DNA from: an uncultured Mycoplasmatota bacterium
GTDB taxonomy: Bacteria > Bacillota_I > Bacilli_A > RF39 > UBA660
Assembly: GCA_900554315.1 (NCBI GenBank)
Contig: USGP01000001.1
Coordinates: 36,902-100,901 of the forward strand
Length of the DNA: 64,000 nt
Direction of reading: 5' to 3'
Of the stretch, positions 1-8,229 are shown piece after piece. Below the pieces are notes generated by a model that was given only the letters and a program-made list of their open reading frames with translations, was not told the origin of the DNA and searched no databases. The translations under genes and the position numbers were made by a program. Position 1 is the stretch's first letter. Every line of letters starts with the position of its first letter.

Positions 1-417
1 TTTAAAACAGCCGGAAATTTATTATTAGGAGACATTTCTGCATATTTAAATAAAGAAGAAAAAAATATCAAAGATACAACATTAACAAAAGAAAGATTTA
101 TAGACTTAGTAAATAAAGTAAGTAACAATACCTTAACAAGTAAAAATGTAAAAGAAATATTAGAAGTTGTTATGACAAGTGAAAAAACAATCGATGAAAT
201 TATTAAAGATGCTGGAATTCAAAATATTACAGACGATTCTGCCATTACAGAAATGATTCAAAAAGTAATAGCAGAAAATCCTGATAGTGTAGCTGACTAT
301 AAAGCTGGAAAAGATAGAGCAATCAAATACTTGATGGGACAAGTAATGAAAGAAAGTAAAGGCTCACTAAACCCTAAAATGGCTATGGATATTTTGCAAC
401 AAGAGTTAAACAAGTAA
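1..417 (+). CDS. gatB: Asp/Glu-tRNA amidotransferase subunit B, C-terminal fragment (5' end upstream of window)
   Basis: Frame 1 is open from nt 1 (FKTAGNLLLGDISAYLN...). The tail AITEMIQKVIAENPDSVADYKAGKDRAIKYLMGQVMKESKGSLNPKMAMDILQQEL is the typical GatB/YqeY-like C-terminal domain. TAA at 415-417. Confidence 0.85.
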   Translation, partial: FKTAGNLLLGDISAYLNKEEKNIKDTTLTKERFIDLVNKVSNNTLTSKNVKEILEVVMTSEKTIDEIIKDAGIQNITDDSAITEMIQKVIAENPDSVADYKAGKDRAIKYLMGQVMKESKGSLNPKMAMDILQQELNK

Positions 418-446
418 TTGAAAAAGAGATATACATAGTGTATAAT
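418..446 (+). promoter_or_regulatory. sigma-A-type promoter candidate (TTGAAA-17 nt-TATAAT)
   Basis: TTGAAA at 418-423, a 17-nt spacer, TATAAT at 441-446. It lies 25 nt upstream of the ATG at 471, which is preceded by AGGATGTGA. Confidence 0.6.
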
Positions 447-470
447 TAAAATACTAGGATGTGATGATAA

Positions 471-932
471 ATGAGTTTTATAAGAAAAAATAAGTTTATA
501 ATTATAGCGATTGGAGTCTTTTTAATTTTAGTATTTTTAGCATTCCAAGTCGTAACAATGTTATTTCCAAAAGAAGGAACAGCTCTATATGGAGATCGTC
601 TAGATGGAATTGAAGAAGTAGAGCTTACAGACAAAAAATTAAGCAATATTGAATCTACTTTAAAAGAAGATTCAGCAACTAAAGAAGCAAAAGCCAGTGT
701 ACAAGGAAAAATAGTAGAAGTAATTATTACTGTACAAGATGAAACATCTGTTGATACAGCCAAAGCTTTAAGTAATAAAGTTTTAGATTGCTTAACAAAA
801 GATGAGAAAAAATTTTATGATGTACAAGTTTTTGTAAAAAAAGATAGTGATGCTACAGATTTTCCTATCATAGGTTATAGACACCATGCCAAAGATACAT
901 TCTCATGGACCAAAGATAGGGGAAGTGAATAA
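471..932 (+). CDS. hypothetical membrane-anchored protein (single N-terminal TM)
   Basis: 153-aa ORF with a hydrophobic N-terminus (FIIIAIGVFLILVFLAFQVV). Its stop overlaps the next ATG (TAATG at 930-934), suggesting translational coupling. Confidence 0.6.
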   Translation: MSFIRKNKFIIIAIGVFLILVFLAFQVVTMLFPKEGTALYGDRLDGIEEVELTDKKLSNIESTLKEDSATKEAKASVQGKIVEVIITVQDETSVDTAKALSNKVLDCLTKDEKKFYDVQVFVKKDSDATDFPIIGYRHHAKDTFSWTKDRGSE

Positions 933-2971
933 TGAAAAAAAAATTAATAATTATTATACCTATTATAATTGCAGTAGTGGCATTCATCTTTGTATACCGC
1001 TATTATAATAAAGAAGATGAAACCACAACACTAACTGTAAAAGAAAAACAATGGGTACAAGAAAATAAAGATCAAACATATGACTTTGAAGTTGTAAATG
1101 ATTATCCACTATATGGATTAAATGGAGAAGGAGTTGTTTTTAGCTTCTTATCTGACTTTGAAGAAAATATTGGATTGGAATTTAATAAAATTCCATACCT
1201 AAAAGAATCAGAAACATCAACAGATGGATTTCGAATCAGAATATTAGACAATGATAAAGAGATAGGGAAAAATGACTTACCATTATTTAATGATAATTAT
1301 GTAGCAGTAGGAAAAACGTATCAAAGAATTAACAATATTAAAGACTTTAAAAATGTAACATTTGGAGTTTTTAAAGAAGATTCTAGCGAAATTAGCTATT
1401 ATTTAAAAAGTGGAACAAACCTATCTTACAAAACTTATGATACAATTGAAGACATTTATAAAGCATTAGATGATGATGAAGTAGATATGGTAATCGTTCC
1501 AAACATTATGTATTTAAATTATACAATCGACAATGATAAATATTCTATTAACTATTTCTTTACAGAAATGCAAAAGAAGGTAGTATTAACACTAAGCAAA
1601 GATAATGACGAATTAAATAAGATTGTTACTAAATACTATAATAAATGGAAACAAACAAAATATGTCAGTGAATATAATGATGCTTATTTAGATTATTATC
1701 TTGATGCTAATGAGTTAGATGCAAAAACAAAAGCAGAATTGATTTCTAAGAACTATACATATGGATTTGTAGAAAACCCTCCATATGAAGAAATGGTAAA
1801 TGGAAAAGTTGCAGGTATTGCTGGAGAATATGTAGATAGAGTATCTAGATTATCTGGAATTAACTTTAAATACAAAGAATATAAAACAATTGATGAATTA
1901 GAAAAAGCAATTGATAAAGGAGAAGTAGATTTATATTTTGACTACTATAATTACAACAACAGTAAATATAAATCAACACTTTCAACATTCATTGAACAAT
2001 ATGTTGTCTTAGGAAAAGAAGAAGATGAACATATAGTAACTTCATTTGAAAGTATGAAAGGCCAAGAACTAGCAATGCTAAAGGGAGATTCCTTATATAA
2101 CTATTTCTCTAATAATGCTAGAGCAAAAATAAAAACATATGATAATATCAAGGATTTAATAAAAAATAGTGGTGATAGATTAATTATAGTAGATAGAGAA
2201 ATCTATACTTACTATCAAAATAAAGAGTTTAAAAAATTAAAATTACTTTATACTGATACAATGATGAATGATTATAAATTTATGGTTAAAACTAATAATG
2301 AAGCATTTTATGATTTATTTAACTACATAATCAACACCAATTCATATTACAATTATAGAAATAGTGGTATTAGTAATTTACATGCATCTATTCTAGAAGG
2401 TTCAACATTACAACAAGTATACACAATTGTCTTAACAATTATATTTGTACCATTAATTATACTTTTAATTGCTTATTTAATTATTAAAAAGAAAAAGCAA
2501 ATTAAGAAAGTAAAGGCTAGTGACAGACATAAATATACAGATATGTTAACTTCACTAAAAAATAGAAACTATTTAAATGCTAAAATGCCTGAATGGGAAG
2601 AATCAAAAGTTTACCCACAAGCAATTGTTATGGTTGACTTAAATAATGTTAAATATGTAAATGACAATTATGGTCATGAAGAAGGCGACGACTTAATTAT
2701 TAAAGCAGCCGGTATATTAGTAAATACACAATTAGAAAATAGTGAAATTATACGTACAGATGGTAATGAATTCCTAATTTATTTAGTTGGTTATAGTGAA
2801 AGACAAGTAGCAACTTACGTTAAAAAATTAGGAAAAGAAATGAAGAATTTACCTCATGAATTTGGAGCTGCTATCGGATACAGTATGATTACTGATGAGA
2901 TAAAAACACTAGATGATGCAATCAATGAAGCAACATTAGAAATGATAACAGCCAAAGAAGAAATGAAGTAA
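932..2971 (+). CDS. membrane sensor with extracytoplasmic solute-binding-protein-like region and C-terminal degenerate GGDEF domain
   Basis: N-terminal TM, about 480 aa extracytoplasmic, a second TM (VLTIIFVPLIILLIAYLII), then GGDEF-family motifs: DMLTSLKNRNYL, VDLNNVKYVNDNYGHEEGDDLI, and RTDGNEF in place of RxGGDEF. Confidence 0.8.
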   Translation: MKKKLIIIIPIIIAVVAFIFVYRYYNKEDETTTLTVKEKQWVQENKDQTYDFEVVNDYPLYGLNGEGVVFSFLSDFEENIGLEFNKIPYLKESETSTDGFRIRILDNDKEIGKNDLPLFNDNYVAVGKTYQRINNIKDFKNVTFGVFKEDSSEISYYLKSGTNLSYKTYDTIEDIYKALDDDEVDMVIVPNIMYLNYTIDNDKYSINYFFTEMQKKVVLTLSKDNDELNKIVTKYYNKWKQTKYVSEYNDAYLDYYLDANELDAKTKAELISKNYTYGFVENPPYEEMVNGKVAGIAGEYVDRVSRLSGINFKYKEYKTIDELEKAIDKGEVDLYFDYYNYNNSKYKSTLSTFIEQYVVLGKEEDEHIVTSFESMKGQELAMLKGDSLYNYFSNNARAKIKTYDNIKDLIKNSGDRLIIVDREIYTYYQNKEFKKLKLLYTDTMMNDYKFMVKTNNEAFYDLFNYIINTNSYYNYRNSGISNLHASILEGSTLQQVYTIVLTIIFVPLIILLIAYLIIKKKKQIKKVKASDRHKYTDMLTSLKNRNYLNAKMPEWEESKVYPQAIVMVDLNNVKYVNDNYGHEEGDDLIIKAAGILVNTQLENSEIIRTDGNEFLIYLVGYSERQVATYVKKLGKEMKNLPHEFGAAIGYSMITDEIKTLDDAINEATLEMITAKEEMK

Positions 2972-2976
2972 AAGGG

Positions 2977-3861
2977 ATGAGAAAAATGGAGCGAGTAACA
3001 GGATTTTTAAAAAAAGTCATTTCAATTATAGCAAAACCTGAAATGAGAGTTCTTCCTGGACAACTCGCTTTTTTCTTTGTTTTATCTATTATTCCCCTAA
3101 TTGCTTTAATTGGTGCTATTGCTTCTAGAATATCAATTCCAGTAGAAGCATTAAACGAATATTTATTATCTGCATTACCAGGATCAGTTGCAGATTTATT
3201 TGCAACATCCATCACAAGAGATAGTATGAACTTTAACATCTTTGTCTTTTTCTTCTCTGCTTTCTTATTAGCATCCAATGGTACCCATTCTATGATTATT
3301 ACTTCAAATGAGATATATAAAATAAAATCAGATAATATCTTAAGAAGAAGATTAAAAGCGATAGGAATGACATTTATTTTAGTAGGAATCTTTCTATTCT
3401 TAATTCTTGTCCCAGTATGTGGAGATACAATATTTGAAATTATTAAAGAAACATCCAACAATCAAGGAATAACAAATTTTATATACAGGGTATATCAAAT
3501 AGTAAAATATCCAATTTCTATCATAGTCGTATATTTAAATATAAAACTTCTATATGTACTTGCTCCTGATAAAAAAATCAGAAGTAACACGACAACAAAA
3601 GGTGCATTATTTACAACAATTAGTTGGATTTTAGCAACAGAAATTTATACATTCTATATTGGTACATTTTCAAAATACGACTTATTCTATGGTAGTATCT
3701 CTAATATTGTAATCCTTCTATTATGGATTTATATTTTATCCTATATATTTGTATTAGGAATGGCAATTAATGCTGGTAATACCACAGAAGAAGACATAGA
3801 AAGAACAGGAATGTTATTAACTAACACAAGTAGAATAGAAAAGCCTAAAAAAGAAAAATAA
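2977..3861 (+). CDS. YihY/BrkB-family membrane protein
   Basis: 294 aa and polytopic. The N-terminal LPGQLAFFFVLSIIPLIALIG motif is typical of the YihY/virulence factor BrkB family. An alternative start is ATG 2986. Confidence 0.75.
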   Translation: MRKMERVTGFLKKVISIIAKPEMRVLPGQLAFFFVLSIIPLIALIGAIASRISIPVEALNEYLLSALPGSVADLFATSITRDSMNFNIFVFFFSAFLLASNGTHSMIITSNEIYKIKSDNILRRRLKAIGMTFILVGIFLFLILVPVCGDTIFEIIKETSNNQGITNFIYRVYQIVKYPISIIVVYLNIKLLYVLAPDKKIRSNTTTKGALFTTISWILATEIYTFYIGTFSKYDLFYGSISNIVILLLWIYILSYIFVLGMAINAGNTTEEDIERTGMLLTNTSRIEKPKKEK

Positions 3862-3888
3862 AATACACAAGAAAGTGTATTTTTTTTA
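3862..3888 (+). terminator. intrinsic terminator
   Basis: ATACAC-AAGAAA-GTGTAT hairpin followed by a T7 run directly after the stop codon. Confidence 0.7.
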
Positions 3889-3910
3889 ATTTAAAAGATT
3901 TGTGAAGTAA

Positions 3911-3939
3911 TTGAAAAAGGGTTATAATAATGCTATAAT
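3911..3939 (+). promoter_or_regulatory. sigma-A-type promoter candidate with extended -10 (TTGAAA-17-TGcTATAAT)
   Basis: TTGAAA at 3911-3916, TGC at 3931-3933, TATAAT at 3934-3939. An overlapping second candidate is TTGTGA 3900-3905 / TATAAT 3923-3928. Confidence 0.6.
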
Positions 3940-3986
3940 ATAATAAGCAAAGTTCGAGATGATTGAATATAAAGCGAGGTTGAAAT

Positions 3987-6080
3987 ATGAAAAATATAAA
4001 AAATAGTTTAAATAGACTACTAGTCAAAGTAAAAAAAGGACTAAAACATATAAAAGAAGATCATTTAATTAGAGAATATGCTAAAAATAATGTATTGTTT
4101 TTAGTATTTGTTATTACTTGTGTAATCAACTCGACACTACTTAGATTTTTTTGTATTAATTCAACAGAAAACTATTTAGCTATAGCACCAATTTTAGCAG
4201 ATTTAGCAGTAGTAACAATAGTAGGAGGACTGGGATACTTATTAAAGCCTAAAAATAGATTTACCTATTATTTATGCTTTAGTATATTTTTTACAGCAAT
4301 ATGTTTGATTAACTCAATTTATTATACTTACTACACATCATTTGCATCTGTTTCAATGTTATCTTTAACACAATATGTTGGAGATGTTGGAGATGCTGTA
4401 GTAGAACAAGTAATTCAGTTTAAGGATTTCTTATATATTTTAGGCCCAATTATATTAATTGTTGTTAATTCTAGATTAAAAAAGAAAAACTATTATAAAA
4501 AAGTAGAAGTAAAATCAGAAAGAAAGAAAAGAACCATTCAAACAGTTGCTGTTGGTGCGGTTTTTGTAATTATTTTCTTATTTACTTTAACTCCAACTGA
4601 TATATCAAGATTAGTAAAACAATGGAACCGTGAATATATCGTTATGAAATATGGTATTTATATTTACCAAGCAAACGATGTAGTAGCATCTATTCAACCA
4701 AAGATTAATTCTTTATTTGGATATGATCAAGCAAAGAAAACATTTAAAGATTATTTTAAAGAACATCCATATGAACATGAAGATAATAAATATACTAATA
4801 TTTTCGAAGGAAAAAATGTAATTGTTATTCATGGAGAAAGTTTACAAACTAATTTAATGAGTTTATCATTTAATGGGGAAGAAGTAACACCAAATCTTAA
4901 TAAATTAGCAAGTGAAGGAATGTTCTTCTCAAACTTCTATTCTCCAGTAAGTGTTGGAACAAGTAGTGATGCAGAATTGATGTTTAATACATCTCTACTA
5001 CCAACAAGGAGTGGAACAGCATTTGTATCTTATTCAGATAGAACATACAATGCAACACCCAAATTATTAGCTGAAAAAGGATATTATACATTCAGTATGC
5101 ATGGTAATAATGCAGACTTCTGGAACAGAAGAAATATGCATAAGAGTTTAGGATACGATAGATTCTATAGTAAAGAAGACTACAATGTAACAAAAGAAAA
5201 TACAGTTGGTTTAGGAATTAACGACTATGCTTTCTTTGATCAATCTGTGGACAAATTAGTGAAGATTAATAAGAAATATGATAAATGGTATGGTATGATG
5301 ATGATGTTATCTAACCATACACCATTCTCAGAAGTAGATAAATATGGAGACTTCCCAGTAGATATAAAAGAAACAGTAACCAATCCAGATGGAACAACAG
5401 AAGAAGTAACATATCCATATATGGAAGGAACAAAATTAGGCAACTACTTTAAATCAGCACATTATGCAGATGGTGCAATTGGAGAATTGATTGACCGCTT
5501 GGATGAAGAAGGATTACTTGATAATACAGTAATTGTTATCTATGGAGACCATGATGCTAAACTACCAAGAGCCGATTATAATAGATTATATAATTATGAT
5601 AAAGAAACAGATTCAGTACTTGATGAAGACGATCCTAATTATAAAGAATATGATTCTTATCAATATGAACTAGGTAGAAAAGTTCCATTAATCATTTGGA
5701 CAAAAGATATGAAAGGAACAGACCTAAATAAAAAATATACAAATGTAATGAGTATGTATGATGTAGAACCAACATTAGGAAATATGTTTGGATATAAAAA
5801 TGAATATGCTTTAGGACACGACATATTTGATATCAAAGATAATAACATCGTAGTATTTCCAAATGGAAACTGGTTAACCAACGATGTATATTACAACAGT
5901 CAAAAAGGTGAATACTTATCATTAACAGATAAACCAGTAACAGAAGAAGAAATTAAAAAGAATAGTCAATATGCTAGTGATATGTTAGATGTATCAAATG
6001 ACATAATTGTATTTGATCTATTAAAGAAAGATCAAACAGATGAAAATAGAGTAATCGAAAAACAAGAGGAAGGAAATTAG
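3987..6080 (+). CDS. ltaS: lipoteichoic acid synthase family protein (N-terminal polytopic domain + extracellular sulfatase-type domain)
   Basis: 697 aa. About five N-terminal TM segments, then sulfatase-fold motifs (VIVIHGESLQ, MHGNNADFWNRRNMHKSLGYDRFYS, LSNHTPF, VIVIYGDHD). Confidence 0.8.
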   Translation: MKNIKNSLNRLLVKVKKGLKHIKEDHLIREYAKNNVLFLVFVITCVINSTLLRFFCINSTENYLAIAPILADLAVVTIVGGLGYLLKPKNRFTYYLCFSIFFTAICLINSIYYTYYTSFASVSMLSLTQYVGDVGDAVVEQVIQFKDFLYILGPIILIVVNSRLKKKNYYKKVEVKSERKKRTIQTVAVGAVFVIIFLFTLTPTDISRLVKQWNREYIVMKYGIYIYQANDVVASIQPKINSLFGYDQAKKTFKDYFKEHPYEHEDNKYTNIFEGKNVIVIHGESLQTNLMSLSFNGEEVTPNLNKLASEGMFFSNFYSPVSVGTSSDAELMFNTSLLPTRSGTAFVSYSDRTYNATPKLLAEKGYYTFSMHGNNADFWNRRNMHKSLGYDRFYSKEDYNVTKENTVGLGINDYAFFDQSVDKLVKINKKYDKWYGMMMMLSNHTPFSEVDKYGDFPVDIKETVTNPDGTTEEVTYPYMEGTKLGNYFKSAHYADGAIGELIDRLDEEGLLDNTVIVIYGDHDAKLPRADYNRLYNYDKETDSVLDEDDPNYKEYDSYQYELGRKVPLIIWTKDMKGTDLNKKYTNVMSMYDVEPTLGNMFGYKNEYALGHDIFDIKDNNIVVFPNGNWLTNDVYYNSQKGEYLSLTDKPVTEEEIKKNSQYASDMLDVSNDIIVFDLLKKDQTDENRVIEKQEEGN

Positions 6081-6083
6081 TCT

Positions 6084-6710
6084 ATGAAATTAAAGAAGAA
6101 GCCAAAAAAAATATTAATCACTGTCATTGCTCTAGCTGCCATCGCAGCAATTGCCTTTGTAGGATATAATGTATTCTTTGGAAAACAAGAAGTACAAGAA
6201 GCAAAGGTATTAAAAACAATAAAGAAATATGGATATACTTTAAAAGATAATAAAACAAAAAGATATCAAGAAATGTTTGGACAACTTGATAAAATATTAA
6301 AGAAAGATCCAGTAGATGAAGAAGAGTATGTAAAACAAATAACAGAAATGTTTATCTATGACTTTTATAGCTTATCTGATAAGAGTACCAAAACAGACGT
6401 TGGAGGAACAGATTTTGTTTATCAACCATCTCTATCAAATTTCTTAGATAATGCTGAGGATACTTATTATAAGTATGTAGAAAGTAATATTTATGGTAAT
6501 AGAAAACAAAAATTACCAGTAGTAGATAAAATAACAATAGACAGTGTAGAACAAACAGAATATGCCTATGGAGAAACATCAGATGATGAAGCATATGAAG
6601 TAACAGTTTCTTGGACATATACAGATAGTGATTTTGATGACTATCAAAAAGAAGCAACCTTAACATTCATTCATGATGATATTAAACTTTCTCTAGCTGA
6701 ATTAAAATAG
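6084..6710 (+). CDS. hypothetical membrane-anchored/exported protein
   Basis: 208-aa ORF, 3 nt after ltaS, with N-terminal KKKPKK plus a hydrophobic span. No family recognised. Confidence 0.6.
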   Translation: MKLKKKPKKILITVIALAAIAAIAFVGYNVFFGKQEVQEAKVLKTIKKYGYTLKDNKTKRYQEMFGQLDKILKKDPVDEEEYVKQITEMFIYDFYSLSDKSTKTDVGGTDFVYQPSLSNFLDNAEDTYYKYVESNIYGNRKQKLPVVDKITIDSVEQTEYAYGETSDDEAYEVTVSWTYTDSDFDDYQKEATLTFIHDDIKLSLAELK

Positions 6711-6735
6711 AAGCGTTGCTTCTATTTTCTTTTTG
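6709..6735 (+). terminator. intrinsic terminator
   Basis: AGAAGC-GTT-GCTTCT hairpin overlapping the stop codon, followed by ATTTTCTTTTT. Confidence 0.6.
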
Positions 6736-6744
6736 CTTTATAAT
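6716..6744 (+). promoter_or_regulatory. promoter candidate (TTGCTT-17-TATAAT) for the oxidative-stress operon
   Basis: TTGCTT at 6716-6721, a 17-nt spacer, TATAAT at 6739-6744. A 7-8-7 inverted repeat lies downstream at 6752-6773. Confidence 0.4.
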
Positions 6745-6793
6745 AAAATTAATGATGAAAATAATATCATCATAATAAATAAAGGGAGGAAAC

Positions 6794-7150
6794 ATGCTAT
6801 TTATTGAATATCCAAAATGTTCCACTTGTAAAAAAGCCAAAAAGTTTCTAGAAGATAATAATCAAAAGTTTACAGATAGAAATATTATTACAGAAACACC
6901 AACGAAAGAAGAGTTAGCCTCTTGGCTAGAAAAATATAAAATAACAATAGACAAATTATATAATACAAGTGGCATGAAATATAGAGAATTAAATTTAAAA
7001 GAAAAAAGAAAAACACTTTCAGAGAAAGAACAACTAGATTTGTTATCATCAGATGGAATGTTAATAAAAAGACCCATTCTAATTACAGAAAAGGCCATGC
7101 TAACGGGCTTTAGAGAACAAGAATGGAAGAAAGTATTAGAGGAGGAATAA
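6794..7150 (+). CDS. ArsC/Spx-family thioredoxin-fold protein (CxxC)
   Basis: 118 aa. N-terminal YPKCSTCKKAKKFLEDN and C-terminal LIKRPILI match the ArsC/Spx/YffB family layout. Strong SD (AAAGGGAGGAAAC). Confidence 0.75.
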   Translation: MLFIEYPKCSTCKKAKKFLEDNNQKFTDRNIITETPTKEELASWLEKYKITIDKLYNTSGMKYRELNLKEKRKTLSEKEQLDLLSSDGMLIKRPILITEKAMLTGFREQEWKKVLEEE

Positions 7151-7151
7151 A

Positions 7152-7520
7152 ATGAAAGAATTAGTATTAAAAAGATGTAAAAAATGTGGAGCATTAGTAA
7201 AAGTTTTAGAAGAAGGTGCAGGAAAATATATTTGCTGTGGAGAAGAAATGGAAATTGTAAAACCAAACAGTGTAGATGCAGCATTTGAAAAACATGTACC
7301 TACTTATGAAAAAGTTGGAGACAATATGCATATTCAAGTAAATCATGTAATGGAAGAAGACCATTATATTGAATGGATTTTAGTAAAAACAGAAAAAGAG
7401 AATAGAGAAGTAATTCTAAAACCAGGAGATACTCCAGAAATGACTGTTCCATATGAAAAAGGTGCAATCATATATGCTTATTGTAATAAACATGGATTAT
7501 GGCAAACGGTGGTTGAATAA
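7152..7520 (+). CDS. dfx: desulfoferrodoxin (2Fe superoxide reductase)
   Basis: 122 aa. Desulforedoxin-like CKKC...CC centre I, then the EKHVP, HxxxxH and CNKHGLW centre II ligand motifs. Confidence 0.85.
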   Translation: MKELVLKRCKKCGALVKVLEEGAGKYICCGEEMEIVKPNSVDAAFEKHVPTYEKVGDNMHIQVNHVMEEDHYIEWILVKTEKENREVILKPGDTPEMTVPYEKGAIIYAYCNKHGLWQTVVE

Positions 7521-8170
7521 TGGACTTAAGTGTTTTAAATAATCTATCTTATGGCATGTATATTATAACAACCAAAAATGGTAAAAAGAATGTAGGATGC
7601 TTTATAAATACTGCCATGCAAATAACTTCAAAAAATCCTATTATTGCAATAAGTTTAAATAAAGAAAACTACACAAACCAAATATTAAAAGAAACAAGAA
7701 AATGTGCAATTTCTATTTTAACAGAAAATGCTGAACAAGAATTAATATCAAAATTTGGATATTTTTCATCTAAAGAAGTTAATAAGTTTGAAAATATAAA
7801 CTATCAAAATATAGAAGAATTACCTGTAGTTTTACAAGATGTATGTGGATATATCATTGGAGAAGTAATAAGAGTAATTGATGTAGAGACACATGATATT
7901 TTCTTAATCAGAGTACAACAAGCCGCAAAAGTCTTAGAACAACCACCAATGACCTATAGATACTATCATGAAGTATTAAAAGGAAAATCTCCAAAGAAAG
8001 CTCCAACATATCAAGAAGAAGAACAAACAACAGGAAATAAATATCAATGCACAATTTGTGGATATATTTATGATGACAATAAAGAAAAAATAAAATTTGA
8101 AGACCTACCAGATGACTGGACATGTCCATTATGTGGGGTAGGAAAAGATAAATTTATAAAATTAAAATAG
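7520..8170 (+). CDS. flavin reductase-like domain fused to C-terminal rubredoxin (high-molecular-weight rubredoxin type)
   Basis: 216 aa. N-terminal flavin-reductase-like fold (YGMYIITT..., VGCFINTA). C-terminal [12 protein letters not shown]...[15 protein letters not shown] rubredoxin motif. Overlaps the dfx stop (ATAATG). Confidence 0.8.
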   Translation: MDLSVLNNLSYGMYIITTKNGKKNVGCFINTAMQITSKNPIIAISLNKENYTNQILKETRKCAISILTENAEQELISKFGYFSSKEVNKFENINYQNIEELPVVLQDVCGYIIGEVIRVIDVETHDIFLIRVQQAAKVLEQPPMTYRYYHEVLKGKSPKKAPTYQEEEQTTGNKYQCTICGYIYDDNKEKIKFEDLPDDWTCPLCGVGKDKFIKLK

Positions 8171-8192
8171 AAGATAAGTCTTCTATTTTTTT
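8168..8192 (+). terminator. intrinsic terminator of the dfx operon
   Basis: TAGAAGA-TAAG-TCTTCTA hairpin followed by T7. Confidence 0.75.
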
Positions 8193-8226
8193 GTCAAAAA
8201 AAGTAAGCTACATAAATAGCTTACTT
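8193..8226 (-). terminator. intrinsic terminator of the convergent LCP gene
   Basis: AAGTAAGCTA-CATAAA-TAGCTTACTT hairpin. On the minus strand it is followed by a T-run (complement of A-run 8195-8200). Confidence 0.7.
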
Positions 8227-8229
8227 AAA

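Noticed and set aside
2922-3461. 179-aa minus-strand ORF, and similar antisense ORFs in the track (160-342, 446-763, 5240-5443, 5660-5881, 6352-6666, 6862-7284, 7908-8129).
   Set aside because: Each lies fully inside a well-supported gene on the opposite strand. Their products are low-complexity Ile/Leu/Phe/Ser-rich sequences typical of shadow ORFs in AT-rich DNA. None has an SD.
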